DNA of 61,749 bases, the filler included, from Nemertoderma westbladi (taxonomy: Eukaryota; Animalia; Xenacoelomorpha): assembly GCA_032718475.1 (NCBI GenBank). It is 4 parts of 4 records of this genome, joined end to end, with 100 filler letters (N's around TTAATTAATTAA, not from the genome) between each part and the next. Parts side by side here need not be neighbours in the genome. Positions count along the whole stretch, not along the records: positions 1 to 18,810 come from JAUCBJ010004283.1; 3 more parts are not named here. The stretch is one strand, 5' to 3'. The notes below the pieces were generated by a model that worked only from the letters and a program-made list of their open reading frames with translations, did not search any database and had not been told where the DNA came from. Below, piece by piece: positions 1 through 13,913 of the stretch. The position numbers and the translations under genes are program-made. Positions within the stretch are counted from its first letter, which is position 1; each line of letters begins with the position of its first letter.

Positions 1-650
1 TTTCAAAGGAGGCGAATCCATCTGCAGTTCTCCAGTCTGCCGCTAGAGGGCCAAATGTCTGAAAGTGAAATCGTTGTCGTCGTTATGATATTGACATGCT
101 TATAACTTTGTCGAATTTAAGAGCTGCCAAGTTGAAAATTTGTTTTGTTGAAAATCAGTTCAACAGTCCACCCGCTATAGGACTACTTTATGCCTGAAAG
201 TGAATAGATTCTCCCCGTCTCATTGATTTTAATCAGTTTAAGCTGAATCTTGCCATATATTCTGGACCACATGCTGCGTCTTTGTGTGGGGGGGGGGGGG
301 GGGGGGGGGGGGGGCCGGGGGGGGGGGAGATTTAATCGGTCTGCCCGCTATACGACGAAATTTCTGAAAGTGAGATCCGTCTCTCATTTCGTTATCCGTT
401 ATTCAAGATGAAACTTGGCCGATGTACGTATGTACTATTCATCCATAGGCTGTGTCTTTGTGGGGCTGGAGAACCTAATCCATCTTCAGTTCTCACTATA
501 CCGCTAGAGTCAGAAATGTCTGAATAGAAATGAAAGAGGTAAAAAGTGATTAGGCGAAATCTGCTTAAAATTTGCTAATACAGTAATACTTTCGAATTAG
601 TACTTAAATTAAATTTAAGTCACGTGCTGCGCGAAGGCCCCACTTCGTGT
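1..650. repeat. Fragment of an unclassified dispersed repeat with internal sub-repeats
   Basis: The motif AATCCATCTGCAGT..CCAGTCTGCCGCTAGAGGG at ~15-50 recurs degenerately at ~477-530 and almost exactly at ~9025-9060. GTGCTGCGCGAAGGCCCCACTTC (~624-646) resembles ~17556-17578. Confidence 0.5.
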
Positions 651-831
651 ATTATATACTTTTTCACTAGGTGATATCTCTTGATTTGTATTACGATCAC
701 ATATGGTTGGTTGCAAATATACGTAAATCGTGTATCCAGTCTTATGATTCCTCAATTAAGAAACACAACGCAATAGGGAAACTCGTTGTGGTAGACTAGG
801 GTAAACGGGCGTTACGGCAACAGTTGCTATA

Positions 832-3800
832 TCTGCTAGAGCTGGGTCTCCAATACGGTGTCTGCTAGTGCTGGGTCTCCAAAATGGTGTCTGCTAGTGC
901 TGGTTCTCCAATGGTGTCTGCTAGTGCTGGTTCTCCAATGGTGTCTGCTAGTGCTGGGTCCCCAATATGGTGTCTGCTAGTGCTGGGTCTCCAATGGTGT
1001 CTGCTAGTGCTGGGTCTCCAATATGGTGTCTGCTAGTGCTGGGTCTCCAATGGTGTCTGCTAGTGCTGGGTCTCCAATATGGTGTCTGCTAGTGCTGGGT
1101 CTCCAAAATGGTGTCTGCTAGTGCTGGGTCTCCAATATGGTGTCTGCTACTGCTGGGTCTCCAATATGGTGTCTGCTAGTGCTGGGTCTCCAATATGGTG
1201 TCTGCTAGTGCTGGGTCTCCAATATGGTGTCTGCTAGTGCTGGGTCTCCAATATGGTGTCTGCTAGTGCTGGGTCTCCAATATGGTGTCTGCTAGTGCTG
1301 GGTCTCAAATATGGTGTCTGCTAGTGCTGGGTCTCCAAAATGGTGTCTGCTATTGCTGGGTCTCCAATGGTGTCTGCTAGTGCTGGTTCTCCAATGGTGT
1401 CTGCTAGTGCTGGGTCTCCAATATGGTGTCTGCTAGTGCTGGGTCTCCAATATGGTGTCTGCTAGTGCTGGGTCTCCAATATGGTGTCTGCTAGTGCTGG
1501 GTCTCCAAAATGGTGTCTGCTAGTGCTGGTTCTCCAATGGTGTCTGCTAGTGCTGGGTCTCCAATATGGTATCTGCTAGTGCTGGGTCTCCAAAATGGTG
1601 TCTGCTAGTGCTGGTTCTCCAATGGTGTCTGCTAGTGCTGGGTCTCCAATATGGTGTCTGCTAGTGCTGGGTCTCCAATATGGTGTCTGCTAGTGCTGGT
1701 TCTCCAATGGTGTCTGCTAGTGCTGGGTCTCCAATATGGTGTCTGCTAGTGCTGGGTCCCCAATATGGTGTCTGCTAGTGCTGGGTCTCCAAAATGGTGT
1801 CTGCTAGTGCTGGTTCTCCAATGGTGTCTGCTAGTGCTGGGTCCCCAATATGGTGTCTGCTAGTGCTGGGTCTCCAATATGGTGTCTGCTAGTGCTGGGT
1901 CTCCAATATGGTGTCTGCTAGTGCTGGTTCTCCAATGGTGTCTGCTAGTGCTGGGTCCCCAATATGGTGTCTGCTAGTGCTGGGTCTCCAACATGGTGTC
2001 TGCTAGTGCTGGGTCTCCAATATGGTGTCTGCTAGTGCTGGGTCTCCAAAATGGTGTCTGCTAGTGCTGGTTCTCCAATGGTGTCTGCTAGTGCTGGTTC
2101 TCCAATGGTGTCTGCTAGTGCTGGGTCTCCAATATGGTGTCTGCTAGTGCTGGGTCTCCAATATGGTGTCTGCTAGTGCTGGGTCTCCAAAATGGTGTCT
2201 GCTAGTGCTGGTTCTCCAATGGTGTCTGCTAGTGCTGGGTCTCCAAAATGGTGTCTGCTAGTGCTGGGTCTCCAATATGGTGTCTGCTAGTGCTGGGTCT
2301 CCAATATGGTGTCTGCTAGTGCTGGGTCTCCAAAATGGTGTCTGCTAGTGCTGGTTCTCCAATGGTGTCTGCTAGTGCTGGTTCTCCAATGGTGTCTGCT
2401 AGTGCTGGGTCTCCAATATGGTGTCTGCTAGTGCTTGGTCTCCAATATGGTGTCTGCTAGTGCTGGGTCCCCAATATGGTGTCTGCTAGTGCTGGGTCTC
2501 CAAAATGGTGTCTGCTAGTGCTGGGTCGCCAATATGGTGTCTATTAGTGCTGGGTGTCCAATATGGTGTCTGCTAGTGCTGGTTCGCCAATATGGTGTCT
2601 GCTAGTGCTGGGTCTCCAATATGGTGTCTGCTAGTGCTGGGTCTCCAATATGGTGTCTGCTAGTGCTGGGTCTCCAATATGGTGTCTGCTAGTGCTGGTT
2701 CTCCAATGGTGTCTGCTAGTGCTGGGTCTCCAATATGGTGTCTGCTAGTGCTGGGTCTCCAATATGGTGTCTGCTAGTGCTGGGTCGCCAATATGGTGTC
2801 TGCTAGTGCTGGTTCTCCAATGGTGTCTGCTGGTGCTGGGTCTCCAATATGGTGTCTGCTAGTGCTGGGTCTCCAATGTGGTGTCTGCTAGTGCTGGGTC
2901 TCCAATATGGTGTCTGCTACTGCTGGGTCTCCAATATGGTGTCTGCTAGTGCTGGGTCTCCAATATGGTGTCTGCTAGTGCTGGGTCTCCAATATTGTGT
3001 CTGCTAGTGCAGGGTCTCCAATATTGTGTCTGCTAGTGCTGGGTCGCCAATATGGTGTCTGCTAGTGCTGGTTCTCCAATGGTGTTTGCTAGTGCTGGTT
3101 CTCCAATGGTGTCTGCTAGTGCTGGTTCTCCAATGGTGTCTGCTAGTGCTGGGTCTCCAATATGGTGTCTGCTAGTGCTGGGTATCCAATATGGTGTCTG
3201 CTAGTGCTGGGTCTCCAAAATGGTGTCTGCTAGTGCTGGTTCTCCAATGGTGTCTGCTAGTGCTGGTTCTCCAATGGTGTCTGCTAGTGCTGGTTCTCCA
3301 ATGGTGTCTGCTAGTGCTGGGTCTCCAATATGGTGTCTGCTAGTGCTGGGTCTCCAATATGGTGTCTGCTAGTGCTGGGTCTCCAAAATGGTGTCTGCTA
3401 GTGCTGGTTCTCCAATGGTGTCCGCTAGTGCTGGTTCTCCAATGGTGTCTGCTAGTGCTGGGTCTCCAATATGGTGTCTGCTAGTGCTGGGTCTCCAATA
3501 TGGTGTCTGCTAGTGCTGGGTCTCCAAAATGGTGTCTGCTAGTGCTGGTTCTCCAATGGTGTCTGCTAGTGCTGGGTCTCCAATATGGTGTCTGCTAGTG
3601 CTGGGTCTCCAATATGGTGTCTGCTAGTGCTGGGTCTCCAAAATGGTGTCTGCTAGTGCTGGTTCTCCAATGGTGTCTGCTAGTGCTGGGTCTCCAATAT
3701 GGTGTCTGCTAGTGCTGGGTCTCCAATATGGTGTCTGCTAGTGCTGGGTCTCCAATATGGTGTCTGCTAGTGCTGGTTCTCAAATATGGTGTCTGCTAGT

Positions 3801-6800
3801 GCTGGGTCTCCGATATGGTGTCTGCTAGTGCTGGGTCTCCAATATGGTGTCTGCTAGTGCTGGGTCTCCAATATGGTGTCTGCTAGTGCTGGGTCGCAAA
3901 TATGGTGTCTATTAGTGCTGGGTGTCCAATATGGTGTCTGCTAGTGCTGGTTCGCCAATATGGTGTCTGCTAGTGCTGGGTCTCCAATATGGTGTCTGCT
4001 AGTGCTGGGTCTCCAATATGGTGTCTGCTAGTGCTGGGTCTCCAATATGGTGTCTGCTAGTGCTGGTTCTCCAGTGGTGTCTGCTAGTGCTGGGTCTCCA
4101 ATATGGTGTCTGCTAGTGCTGGGTCTCCAATATGGTGTCTGCTAGTGCTGGGTCTCCAATATTGTATCTGCTAGTGCTGGGTCTACAATATGGTGTCTGC
4201 TTGTGCTGGGTCTCCAATATGGTGTCTGCTAGTGCTGGGTCTCCGATATGGTATCTGCTAGTGCTGGGTCTCCAATATGGTGTCTGCTAGTGCTGGGTCT
4301 CCAATATGGTGTCTGCTAGTGCTGGGTCTCCAATATGGTGTCTGCTAGTGCTGGTTCTCCAATGGTGTCTGCTAGTGCTGGGTCTCCAATATGGTGTCTG
4401 CTAGTGCTGGGTCTCCAATGTGGTGTCTGCTAGTGCTGGGTCTCCAATATGGTGTCTGCTACTGCTGGGTCTCCAATATGGTGTCTGCTAGTGCTGGGTC
4501 TCCAATATGGTGTCTGCTAGTGCTGGGTCTCCAATATTGTGTCTGCTAGTGCAGGGTCTCCAATATTGTGTCTGCTAGTGCTGGGTCGCCAATATGGTGT
4601 CTGCTAGTGCTGGTTCTCCAATGGTGTCTGCTGGTGCTGGGTCTCCAATATGGTGTCTGCTAGTGCTGTGTTTCCAACATGGTGTCTGCTAGTGCTGGGT
4701 TTCCAATATGGTGTCTGCTAGTGCTGGGTCTCCAATATTGTGTCTGCTAGTGCTGGGTCGCCAATATGGTGTCTGCTAGTGCTGGGTTTCAAATATGGTG
4801 TCTGCTAGTGCTGGGTCTCCAGTATTGTGTCTGCTAGTGCTGGGTCACCAATATGGTGTCTGCTAGTGCTGGTTCTCCAATGGTGTCTGCTGGTGCTGGG
4901 TCTCCAATATGGTGTCTGCTAGTGCTGGGTTTCCAATATGGTGTCTGCTAGTGCTGGGTCTCCAATATTGTGTCTGCTAGTGCTAGGTCGCCAATATGAT
5001 GTCTGCTAGTGCTGGTTCTCCAATGGTGTCTGCTGGTGCTGGGTCTCCAATATGGTGACTGGTAGTGCTGGGTTTCCAACATGGTGTCTGCTAGTGCTGG
5101 GTCTCCAATATGGTGTCTGCTAGTGCTGGGTCTCCAATATGGTGTCTGCTAGTGCTGGGTCTCCAATATGGTGTCTGATAGTGCTGGGTCTCCAATATGG
5201 TGTCTGCTACTGCTGGGTCTCCAATATGGTGTCTGCTAGTGCTGGGTCTCCAATATGGTGTCTTTTAGTGCTGGTTCTCCAATGGTGTCTGCTAGTGCTG
5301 GGTCTCCAATATTGTGTCTGCTAGTGCTGGGTCTCCAATATGGTGTCTGCTAGTGCTGGGTCTCCAACATGGTGTCTGCTAGTGCTGGGTCTCCAATATG
5401 GTGTCTGCTAGTGCTGTCTCCAATATGGTGTCTGCTAGTGCTGGGTCCCCAATATTGTGTCTGTTAGTGCTGGGTCTCCAATATTGTGTCTGCTAGTGCT
5501 GGTCTCAAATAAGGTGTCTGCTAGTGCTGGGTCTCTAATATGGTGTCTGCTAGTGCTAGGTCTCCAATATGGTGTCTGCTAGTGCTGTCTCCAATATGGT
5601 GTCTGCTAGTGCTGGGTATCCAATATGGTGTCTGCTAGTGCTGGGTCCCCAATATGGTGTCTATTAGTGCTGGGTCTCCAATATGGTGTCTGCTAGTGCT
5701 GGTCTCAAATAAGGTGTCTGCCAGTGCTGGGTCTCTAATATGGTGTCTGCTAGTGCTGGGTCTCCAATATGGTGTCTGCTAGTGTTGGGTCCCCAATATG
5801 TTGTCTGTTAGTGCTGGGTCTCCAATATTGTGTCTGCTAGTGCTGGGTCTCCAATATGGTGTCTGCTATTGCTGGGTCTCCAATATGGTGTATGCTAGTG
5901 CTGGGTCTCCAATATTGTGTCTGCTAGTGCTGGGTATCCAATATGGTGTCTGCTAGTGCTGGGTCTCCAACATGGTGTCTGCTAGTGCTGGGTCTCCAAT
6001 ATGGTGTCTGCTAGTGCTGTCTCCAATATGGTGTCTGCTAGTGCTGGGTCCCCAATATGGTGTCTGTTAGTGCTGTGTCTCCAATATGGTGTCTGCTAGT
6101 GCTGGGTCTCCAATATGGTGTCTGCTAGTGCTGGGTCTCCAATATGGTGTCTGCTAGTGCTGGGTCCCCAATATGGTGTCTGTTAGTGCTGGGTCTCCAA
6201 TATGGTGTCTGCTAGTGCTGGTCTCAAATAAGGTGTATGCTAGTGCTGGGTCTCTAATATGGTGTCTGCAAGTGCTGGGTCTCCAATATGGTGTCTGTTA
6301 GTGCTGGGTCTCCAATATGGTGTCTGCTAGTGCTGGGTCACCAATATGGTGTCTGCTAGTGCTGGGTCTCCAATATGGTGTCTGCTAGTGCTGGGTCTCC
6401 AATATGGTGTCTGCTAGTGCTGGGTCACCAATATGGTGTCTGCTAGTGCTGGGTCTCCAATATGGTGTCTGTTAGTGCTGGGTCTCCAATATGGTGTCTG
6501 CTAGTGCTGGGTCACCAACATGGTGTCTGCTAGTGCTGGGTCCCCAATATGGTGTCTGTTAGTGCTGGGTCTCCAATATTGTGTCTGCTAGTGCTGGGTC
6601 TCCAATATGGTGTCTGCTAGTGCCGGGTCTCTAATATGGTGTCTGCTAGTGCTGGTCTCAAATAAGGTGTCTGCTAGTGCTGGGTCTCTAATATGGTGTC
6701 TGCTAGTGCTGGGTCGCCAATATGGTGTCTGCTAGTGCTGGCTCCCCAATATGGTGTCTGTTAGTGCTGGGTCTCCAATATTGTGTCTGCTAGTGCTGGG

Positions 6801-8461
6801 TCTCCAATATGGTGTCTGCTAGTGCTGGGTCTCCAATATGGTGTCTGCTAGAGCTGGGTCTCCAATATTGTGTCTGGTAGTGCTGGGTCTCCAATATGGT
6901 GTCTGCTAGTGCTGGGTCTCCAACATGGTGTCTGCTAGTGCTGGGTCTCCAATATGGTGTCTGCTAGTGCTGTCTCCAATATGGTGTTTGCTAGTGCTGG
7001 GTCCCCAATATGGTGTCTGTTAGTGCTGGGTCTCCAATATGGTGTCTGCTAGTGCTGGTCTCAAATAAGGTGTCTGCTAGTGCTGGGTCTCTAATATGGT
7101 GTCTGCTAGTGCTGTGTCTCCAATATGGTGTCTGCTAGTGCTGTCTCCAATATGGTGTCTGCTAGTGCTGGGTCTCCAATATGGTGTCTGCTAGTGCTGG
7201 GTCCCCAATATGGTGTATGTTAGTGCTGGGTCTCCAATATGGTGTCTGCTAGTGCTGGGTCTCCAATATGGTGTCTGCTAGTGCTGGGTCTCCAATATGG
7301 TGTCTGCTAGTGCCGGGTCTCCAATATGGTGTCTGCTAGTGCCGGGTCTCCAATATGGTATCTGCTAGTGCTGGTTCTCCAATGGTGTCTGCTAGTGCTG
7401 GGTCTCCAATATGGTGTCTGCTTGTGCTGGGTCTCCAATATGGTGTCTGCTAGTGCTGGGTCCCCAATATGGTGTATGTTAGTGCCGGGTCTCCAATATG
7501 GTGTCTGCTAGTGCTGGTTCTCCAATGGTGTCTGCTAGTGCTGGGTCTCCAATATGGTGTCTGCTTGTGCTGGGTCTCCAATATGGTGTCTGCTAGTGCT
7601 GTCTCCAATATGGTGTCTGCTAGTGCTGGGTCTCCAATATGGTGTCTGCTAGTGCTGGTCTCAAATAAGGTGTCTGCTAGTGCTGGGTCTCTACTATGGT
7701 GTCTGCTAGTGCTGGGTCTCCAATATGGTGTCTGCTAGTGCTGGGTCCCCAATATGGTGTCTGCTAGTGCTGGGTCTCCAATATGGTGTCTGCTAGTGCT
7801 GGGTCTCCAATATGGTGTCTGCTAGTGCTGGTCTCAAATAAGGTGTCTGCTAGTGCTGGGTCTCTAATATGGTGTCTGCTAGTGCTGGGTCTCCAATATG
7901 GTGTCTGCTAGTGCTGTCTCCAATATGGTGTCTGCTAGTGCTGGGTCTCCAATATGGTGTCTGCTAGTGCTGGGTCCCCAATATGGTGTCTGTTAGTGCT
8001 GGGTCTCCAATATGGTGACTGCTAGTGCTGGGTCTCCAATATAGTGTCTGCTAGTGCTGGGTCTCCAATATGGTGTCTTCTAGTGCTGGGTCTCCAATAT
8101 GGTGTCTGCTAGTGCTGGTCTCAAATAAGGTGTCTGCTAGTGCTGGGTCTCTAATATGGTGTCTGCTAGTGCTGGGTCTCCAATATGGTGTCTGCTAGTG
8201 CTGTCTCCAATATGGTGACTGCTAGTGCTGGGTCTCCAATATGGTGTCTGCTAGTGCTGGGTCTCCAATATGGTGTCTGCTAGTGCTGGGTCTCCAATAT
8301 GGTGTCTGCTAGTGCTGGGTCTCTAATATGGTGTCTGCTAGTGCTGGGTCTCCTATATGGTGTCTGCTAGTGGTGGGTCTCCAATATGGCGTCTGCTAGT
8401 GCTGGGTCTCCAATATGGCGTATGCTAGTGCTGGGTCTCCAATATGGTGTCTGCTAGTGCT
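832..8461. repeat. Tandem satellite/minisatellite, 29-bp unit (GGTGTCTGCTAGTGCTGGGTCTCCAATAT) with 27- and 28-bp variants, roughly 265 copies
   Basis: The 29-bp period is read directly (e.g. TCTGCTAGTG at 1201 and 1230). Copy number is estimated from array length. Confidence 0.99.
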
Positions 8462-9854
8462 ACCTCCCAACCTCTCTTTATCTGTCAAAAACGTATTGTT
8501 TGTACCGTTGTAGAACCTTATAAATTCGAACGCGCTCTATTATATAAAACAGCTAAGTGATATGAAAACCACTTTATCAACAATTCTGACGAGTTGTCAT
8601 GGCATCTACAAACTAAAACATATTGCTATTTTTCCGTGGGGGTGGAGATTGATTTATAGCCCATTTCTAGTGAAAGTTACCCGTTGCCATGGCAACTAGA
8701 AACTTAAAAATAGTGCATATTGTTCCTTAGACTTGATATATTGGTGGTAGACTCTGATCCGATGACGCTACGACCACTGCATATGCTTACGCCCGTTTAA
8801 AGCCCGTTGCTAAGGACATTGTCAATAATGCTAACTTTCAAGGTCGTTTTCATTTGGTTGCTATGGTATTTTCAAAAAACTAAAATGGGTGAGTGGGCGA
8901 CCAATATAAAATTGTCTGAAAGTGAAAACATTCTGCCATTTCTGATAAAAGTTTATAATCCTTTCTTCCTGATTGATACCTGGCACATATTTTCCAGACC
9001 TTAAATCTCGTTTTACGAGATCTAAATCCATCTGCAGTGACCCAGTCTGCCGCTAGAGGGTAAGAGTGATAGGGGGGGGGGGGGGGGGAATCTGTTCACA
9101 TCTGTCAATTCAATACCAACCATATTGAAGAATGTCCCTTACGTGACATTTATGATTTGTCTAATTTTTAAATAAACTTTGATAATTCGCGATTATATAT
9201 AGACGATAATTGAAAAAGGTTCCACTTTTTGTCAGTTTTTAAATTTCAAATAAATTCAATTTTATGCCAAACGTTATAATTAATAATATAATAATTAATT
9301 ATATTCCAAATTACATAATAAGGGGAAAATAGATAGATAGCATACTTTCAAGTTCGGCATAAACTTTATTCTGTACTAATTTTGGATAACTTGTGTGAAT
9401 ACCGACCCGCTCATCCCAGGGGATTCAAAAGGCTAGGGTATTTATTACATTACAACATTGAAAGATGATTAATTATTAAAGTAAAGTAAAGAATATTACC
9501 GGAATAATTAATTAACACATTCGTAACATGTTTATTATCTACAGTATATCATTATTAATGTATACTAATTACTGTAGTTATTGCTGTAGTTATTATTTGA
9601 AAAAAAATACCTTTTAATGTTAACTTTTTGTTTTGCTTTGAATGGGGTAAAAAATGTTCTACTTTTTGAATGTATTTTTAAATTGCGTAATATTTTATAC
9701 TGCTGTACTGTAATTGTCCTTCCCACTGCCAACAAACCATCAACGAAGTAACGTGAATAATGCCCATCCTGGTAAATCATTATAATCCGACGAAAATAAA
9801 ATTAACGTCGGGAAAATCTTTGGATAGTTGAAAGCTGAAAGGAGTGTTCAGCCT

Positions 9855-12800
9855 GAGAGTTAGTGTGGCTGCCACCCATTGAATTCCAAGAGATGTGAGC
9901 CTCCGTGTAGAGAGTTGGTGTGGCTGCCTCCCATTGAATTCCAAGAGATGTGAGCATCCGTGTAGAGAGTTAGTGTGGCTGCCACCCATTGAATTCCAAG
10001 AGATGTGAGCCTCCGTGTAGAGAGTTAGTGTGGCTGCCACCCATTGAATTCCAAGAGATGTGAGCCTCCGTGTATAGAGTTAGTGTGGCTGCCTCCCATT
10101 GCATTCCAAGAGATGTGAGCCTCCGTGTAGAGAGTTAGTGTGGCTGCCACCCATTGAATTCCAAGAGATGTGAGCCTCCGTGTATAGAGTTAGTGTGGCT
10201 GCCTCCCATTGCATTCCAAGAGATGTGAGCCTCTGTGTAGAGAGTTAGGGTGGCTGCCTCCCATTGCATTCCAAGAGATGTGAGCCTCCGTGTAGAGAGT
10301 TAGTGTGGCTGCCTCCCATTGAATTCCAAGAGATGTGAGCCTCCGTGTAGAGAGTTGGTGTGGCTGCCTCCCATTGAATTCCAAGAGATGTGAGCATCCG
10401 TGTAGAGAGTTAGTGTGGCTGCCACCCATTGAATTCCAAGAGATGTGAGCCTCCGTGTAGAGAGTTAGTGTGGCTGCCACCCATTGAATTCCAAGAGATG
10501 TGAGCCTCCGTGTATAGAGTTAGTGTGGCTGCCTCCCATTGCATTCCAAGAGATGTGAGCCTCCGTGTAGAGGGTTAGGGTGGCTGCCTCCCATTGCATT
10601 CCAAGAGATGTGAGCCTCCGTGTAGAGAGTTAGTGTGGCTGCCTCCCATTGAATTCCAAGAGATGTGAGCCTCCGTGTAGAGAGTTGGTGTGGCTGCCTC
10701 CCATTGAATTCCAAGAGATGTGAGCATCCGTGTAGAGAGTTAGTGTGGCTGCCACCCATTGAATTCCAAGAGATGTGAGCCTCCGTGTAGAGAGTTGGTG
10801 TGGCTGCCTCCCATTGAATTCCAAGAGATGTGAGCCTCCGTGTAGAGAGTTGGTGTGGCTGCCTCCCATTGAATTCCAAGAGATGTGAGCATCCGTGTAG
10901 AGAGTTAGTGTGGCTGCCACCCATTGAATTCCAAGAGATGTGAGCCTCCGTGTAGAGAGTTAGTGTGGCTGCCACCCATTGAATTCCAAGAGATGTGAGC
11001 CTCCGTGTATAGAGTTAGTGTGGCTGCCTCCCATTGCATTCCAAGAGATGTGAGCCTCCGTGTAGAGAGTTAGGGTGGCTGCCTCCCATTGCATTCCAAG
11101 AGATGTGAGCCTCCGTGTAGAGAGTTAGTGTGGCTGCCTCCCATTGAATTCCAAGAGATGTGAGCCTCCGTGTAGAGAGTTGGTGTGGCTGCCTCCCATT
11201 GAATTCCAAGAGATGTGAGCATCCGTGTAGAGAGTTAGTGTGGCTGCCACCCATTGAATTCCAAGAGATGTGAGCCTCCGTGTAGAGAGTTGGTGTGGCT
11301 GCCTCCCATTGAATTCCAAGAGATGTGAGCCTCCGTGTAGAGAGTTGGTGTGGCTGCCTCCCATTGAATTCCAAGAGATGTGAGCATCCGTGTAGAGAGT
11401 TGGTGTGGCTGCCTCCCATTGAATTCCAAGAGATGTGAGCATCCGTGTAGAGAGTTAGTGTGGCTGCCACCCATTGAATTCCAAGAGATGTGAGCCTCCG
11501 TGTAGAGAGTTAGTGTGGCTGCCACCCATTGAATTCCAAGAGATGTGAGCCTCCGTGTAGAGAGTTGGTGTGGCTGCCTCCCATTGAATTCCAAGAGATG
11601 TGAGCCTCCGTGTAGAGAGTTGGTGTGGCTGCCTCCCATTGAATTCCAAGAGATGTGAGCATCCGTGTAGAGAGTTAGTGTGGCTGCCACCCATTGAATT
11701 CCAAGAGATGTGAGCCTCCGTGTAGAGAGTTAGTGTGGCTGCCACCCATTGAATTCCAAGGGATGTGAGCCTCCGTGTATAGAGTTAGTGTGGCTGCCTC
11801 AAATTGCATTCCATGAGATGTGAGCCTCCGTGTAGAGAGTTAGGGTGGCTGCCTCCCATTGCATTCCAAGAGATGTGAGCCTCCGTATAGAGAGTTAGTG
11901 TGGCTGCCTCCCATTGAATTCCAAGAGATGTGAGCCTCCGTGTAGAGAGTTGGTGTGGCTGCCTCCCATTGAATTCCAAGAGATGTGAGCATCCGTGTAG
12001 AGAGTTAGTGTAGCTGCCTCCCATTTCATTCCAAGAGACATGAGCCTTCGTGTAGAGAGTTAGTGTGGCTGCCTCCCATTGCATTCCAAGAGACATGAGC
12101 CTCCGTGTAGAGAGTTAGTGTGGCTGCCTCCCATTGCATTCCAAGAGATGGGAGCCTCCGTGTAGAGAGTTAGTGTGGCTGCCTCAAATTGCATTCCATG
12201 AGATGTGAGCCTCCGTGTAGAGAGTTAGGGTGGCTGCCTCCCATTGCATTCCAAGAGATGTGAGCCTCCGTGTAGAGAGTTAGTGTGGCTGCCTCCCATT
12301 GAATTCCAAGAGATGTGAGCCTCCGTGTAGAGAGTTGGTGTGGCTGCCTCCCGTTGAATTCCAAGAGATGTGAGCATCCGTGTAGAGAGTTAGTGTGGCT
12401 GCCTCCCATTGCATTCCAAGAGACATGAGCCTCCGTGTAGAGAGTTAGTGTGGCTGCCTCCCATTGCATTCCACGAGATATGAGCCACCGTGTAGAGAGT
12501 TAGTGTGGCTGCCTCCCATTGCATTCCAAGAGATGGGAGCCTCCGTGTAGAGAGTTAGTGTGGCTGCCTCCCATTGCATTCCAAGAGATGTGAGCCTCCG
12601 TGTAGAGAGTTAGTGTGGCTGCCTCCCATTGCATTCCAAGAGATGTGAGCCTCCGTGTAGAGAGTTAGTGTGGCTGCCTCCCATTGCATTCCAAGAGATG
12701 TGAGCCTCCGTGTAGATAGTTAGTGTGGCTGCCTCCCATTTCATTCCAAGATACATGAGCCTTCGTGTAGAGAGTTAGTGTTGCTGCCTCCCATTGCATT

Positions 12801-13913
12801 CCAAGAGACATGAGCCTTCGTGTAGAGAGTTAGTGTGGCTGCCTCCCATTGCATTCCAAGAGACATGAGCCTCCGTGTAGAGAGTTAGTGTGGCTGCCTC
12901 CCATTGCATTCCACGAGATATGAGCCACCGTGTAGAGAGTTAGTGTGGCTGCCTCCCATTGCATTCCAAGAGATGTGAGCCTCCGTGTAGAGAGTTAGTG
13001 TGGCTGCCTCCCATTGCATTCCAAGAGATGTGAGCCTCCGTGTAGAGAGTTAGTGTGGCTGCCTCAAATTGCATTCCAAGAGATATGAGCCTCCGTGTAG
13101 AGAGTTAGTGTGGCTGCCTCCCATTGCATTCCAAGAGATGTGAGCCTCCGTGTAGAGAGTTAGTGTGGCTGCCTCCCATTGCATTCCAAGAGACATGAGC
13201 CTCCGTGTAGAGAGTTAGTGTGGCTGCCTCCCATTGCATTCCACGAGATATGAGCCACCGTGTAGAGAGTTAGTGTGGCTGCCTCCCATTGCATTCCACG
13301 AGATATGAGCCACCGTGTAGAGAGTTAGTGTGGCTGCCTCCCATTGCATTCCAAGAGATGTGAGCCTCCGTGTAGAGAGTTAGTGTGGCTGCCTCCCATT
13401 GCATTCCAAGAGATGTGAGCCTCCGTGTAGAGAGTTAGTGTGGCTGCCTCCCATTGCATTCCAAGAGATGTGAGCCACCGTGTAGAGAGTTAGTGTGGCT
13501 GCCTCCCATTGCATTCCAAGAGATGTGAGCCTCCGTGTAGAGAGTTAGTGTGGCTGCCTCCCATTGCATTCCAAGAGATGTGAGCCTCCGTGTAGAGAGT
13601 TAGTGTGGCTGCCTCCCATTGCATTCCAAGAGATGTGAGCCTCCGTGTAGAGAGTTAGTGTGGCTGCCTCCCATTGCATTCCAAGAGATGTGAGCCTCCG
13701 TGTAGAGAGTTAGTGTGGCTGCCTCCCATTGCATTCCAAGAGATGTGAGCCTCCGTGTAGAGAGTTAGTGTGGCTGCCTCCCATTGCATTCCAAGAGATG
13801 TGAGCCTCCGTGTAGAGAGTTAGTGTGGCTGCCTCCCATTGCATTCCAAGAGATGTGAGCCTCCGTGTAGAGAGTTAGTGTGGCTGCCTCCCATTGAATT
13901 CCAAGAGATGTGA
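9855..13913. repeat. Tandem satellite, 55-bp unit (GAGAGTTAGTGTGGCTGCCTCCCATTG[A/C]ATTCCAAGAGATGTGAGCCTCCGTGTA), ~74 copies
   Basis: Strict 55-bp period with no visible length variants. All minus-strand ORFs at 9780-12469 are translations of this repeat. Confidence 0.99.

Noticed and set aside
288-327. Long G/C homopolymers here and throughout the window
   Set aside because: Mostly internal to dispersed repeats, with unreliable lengths. No specific function can be supported.
832-13913. CRISPR-like arrays or repeat-protein genes (ORFs 5139-7738 and 9780-12469)
   Set aside because: The units are contiguous with no unique spacers and there are no cas genes. Unit lengths (29, 55) are not multiples of 3, so the ORFs are by-products of the repeats.
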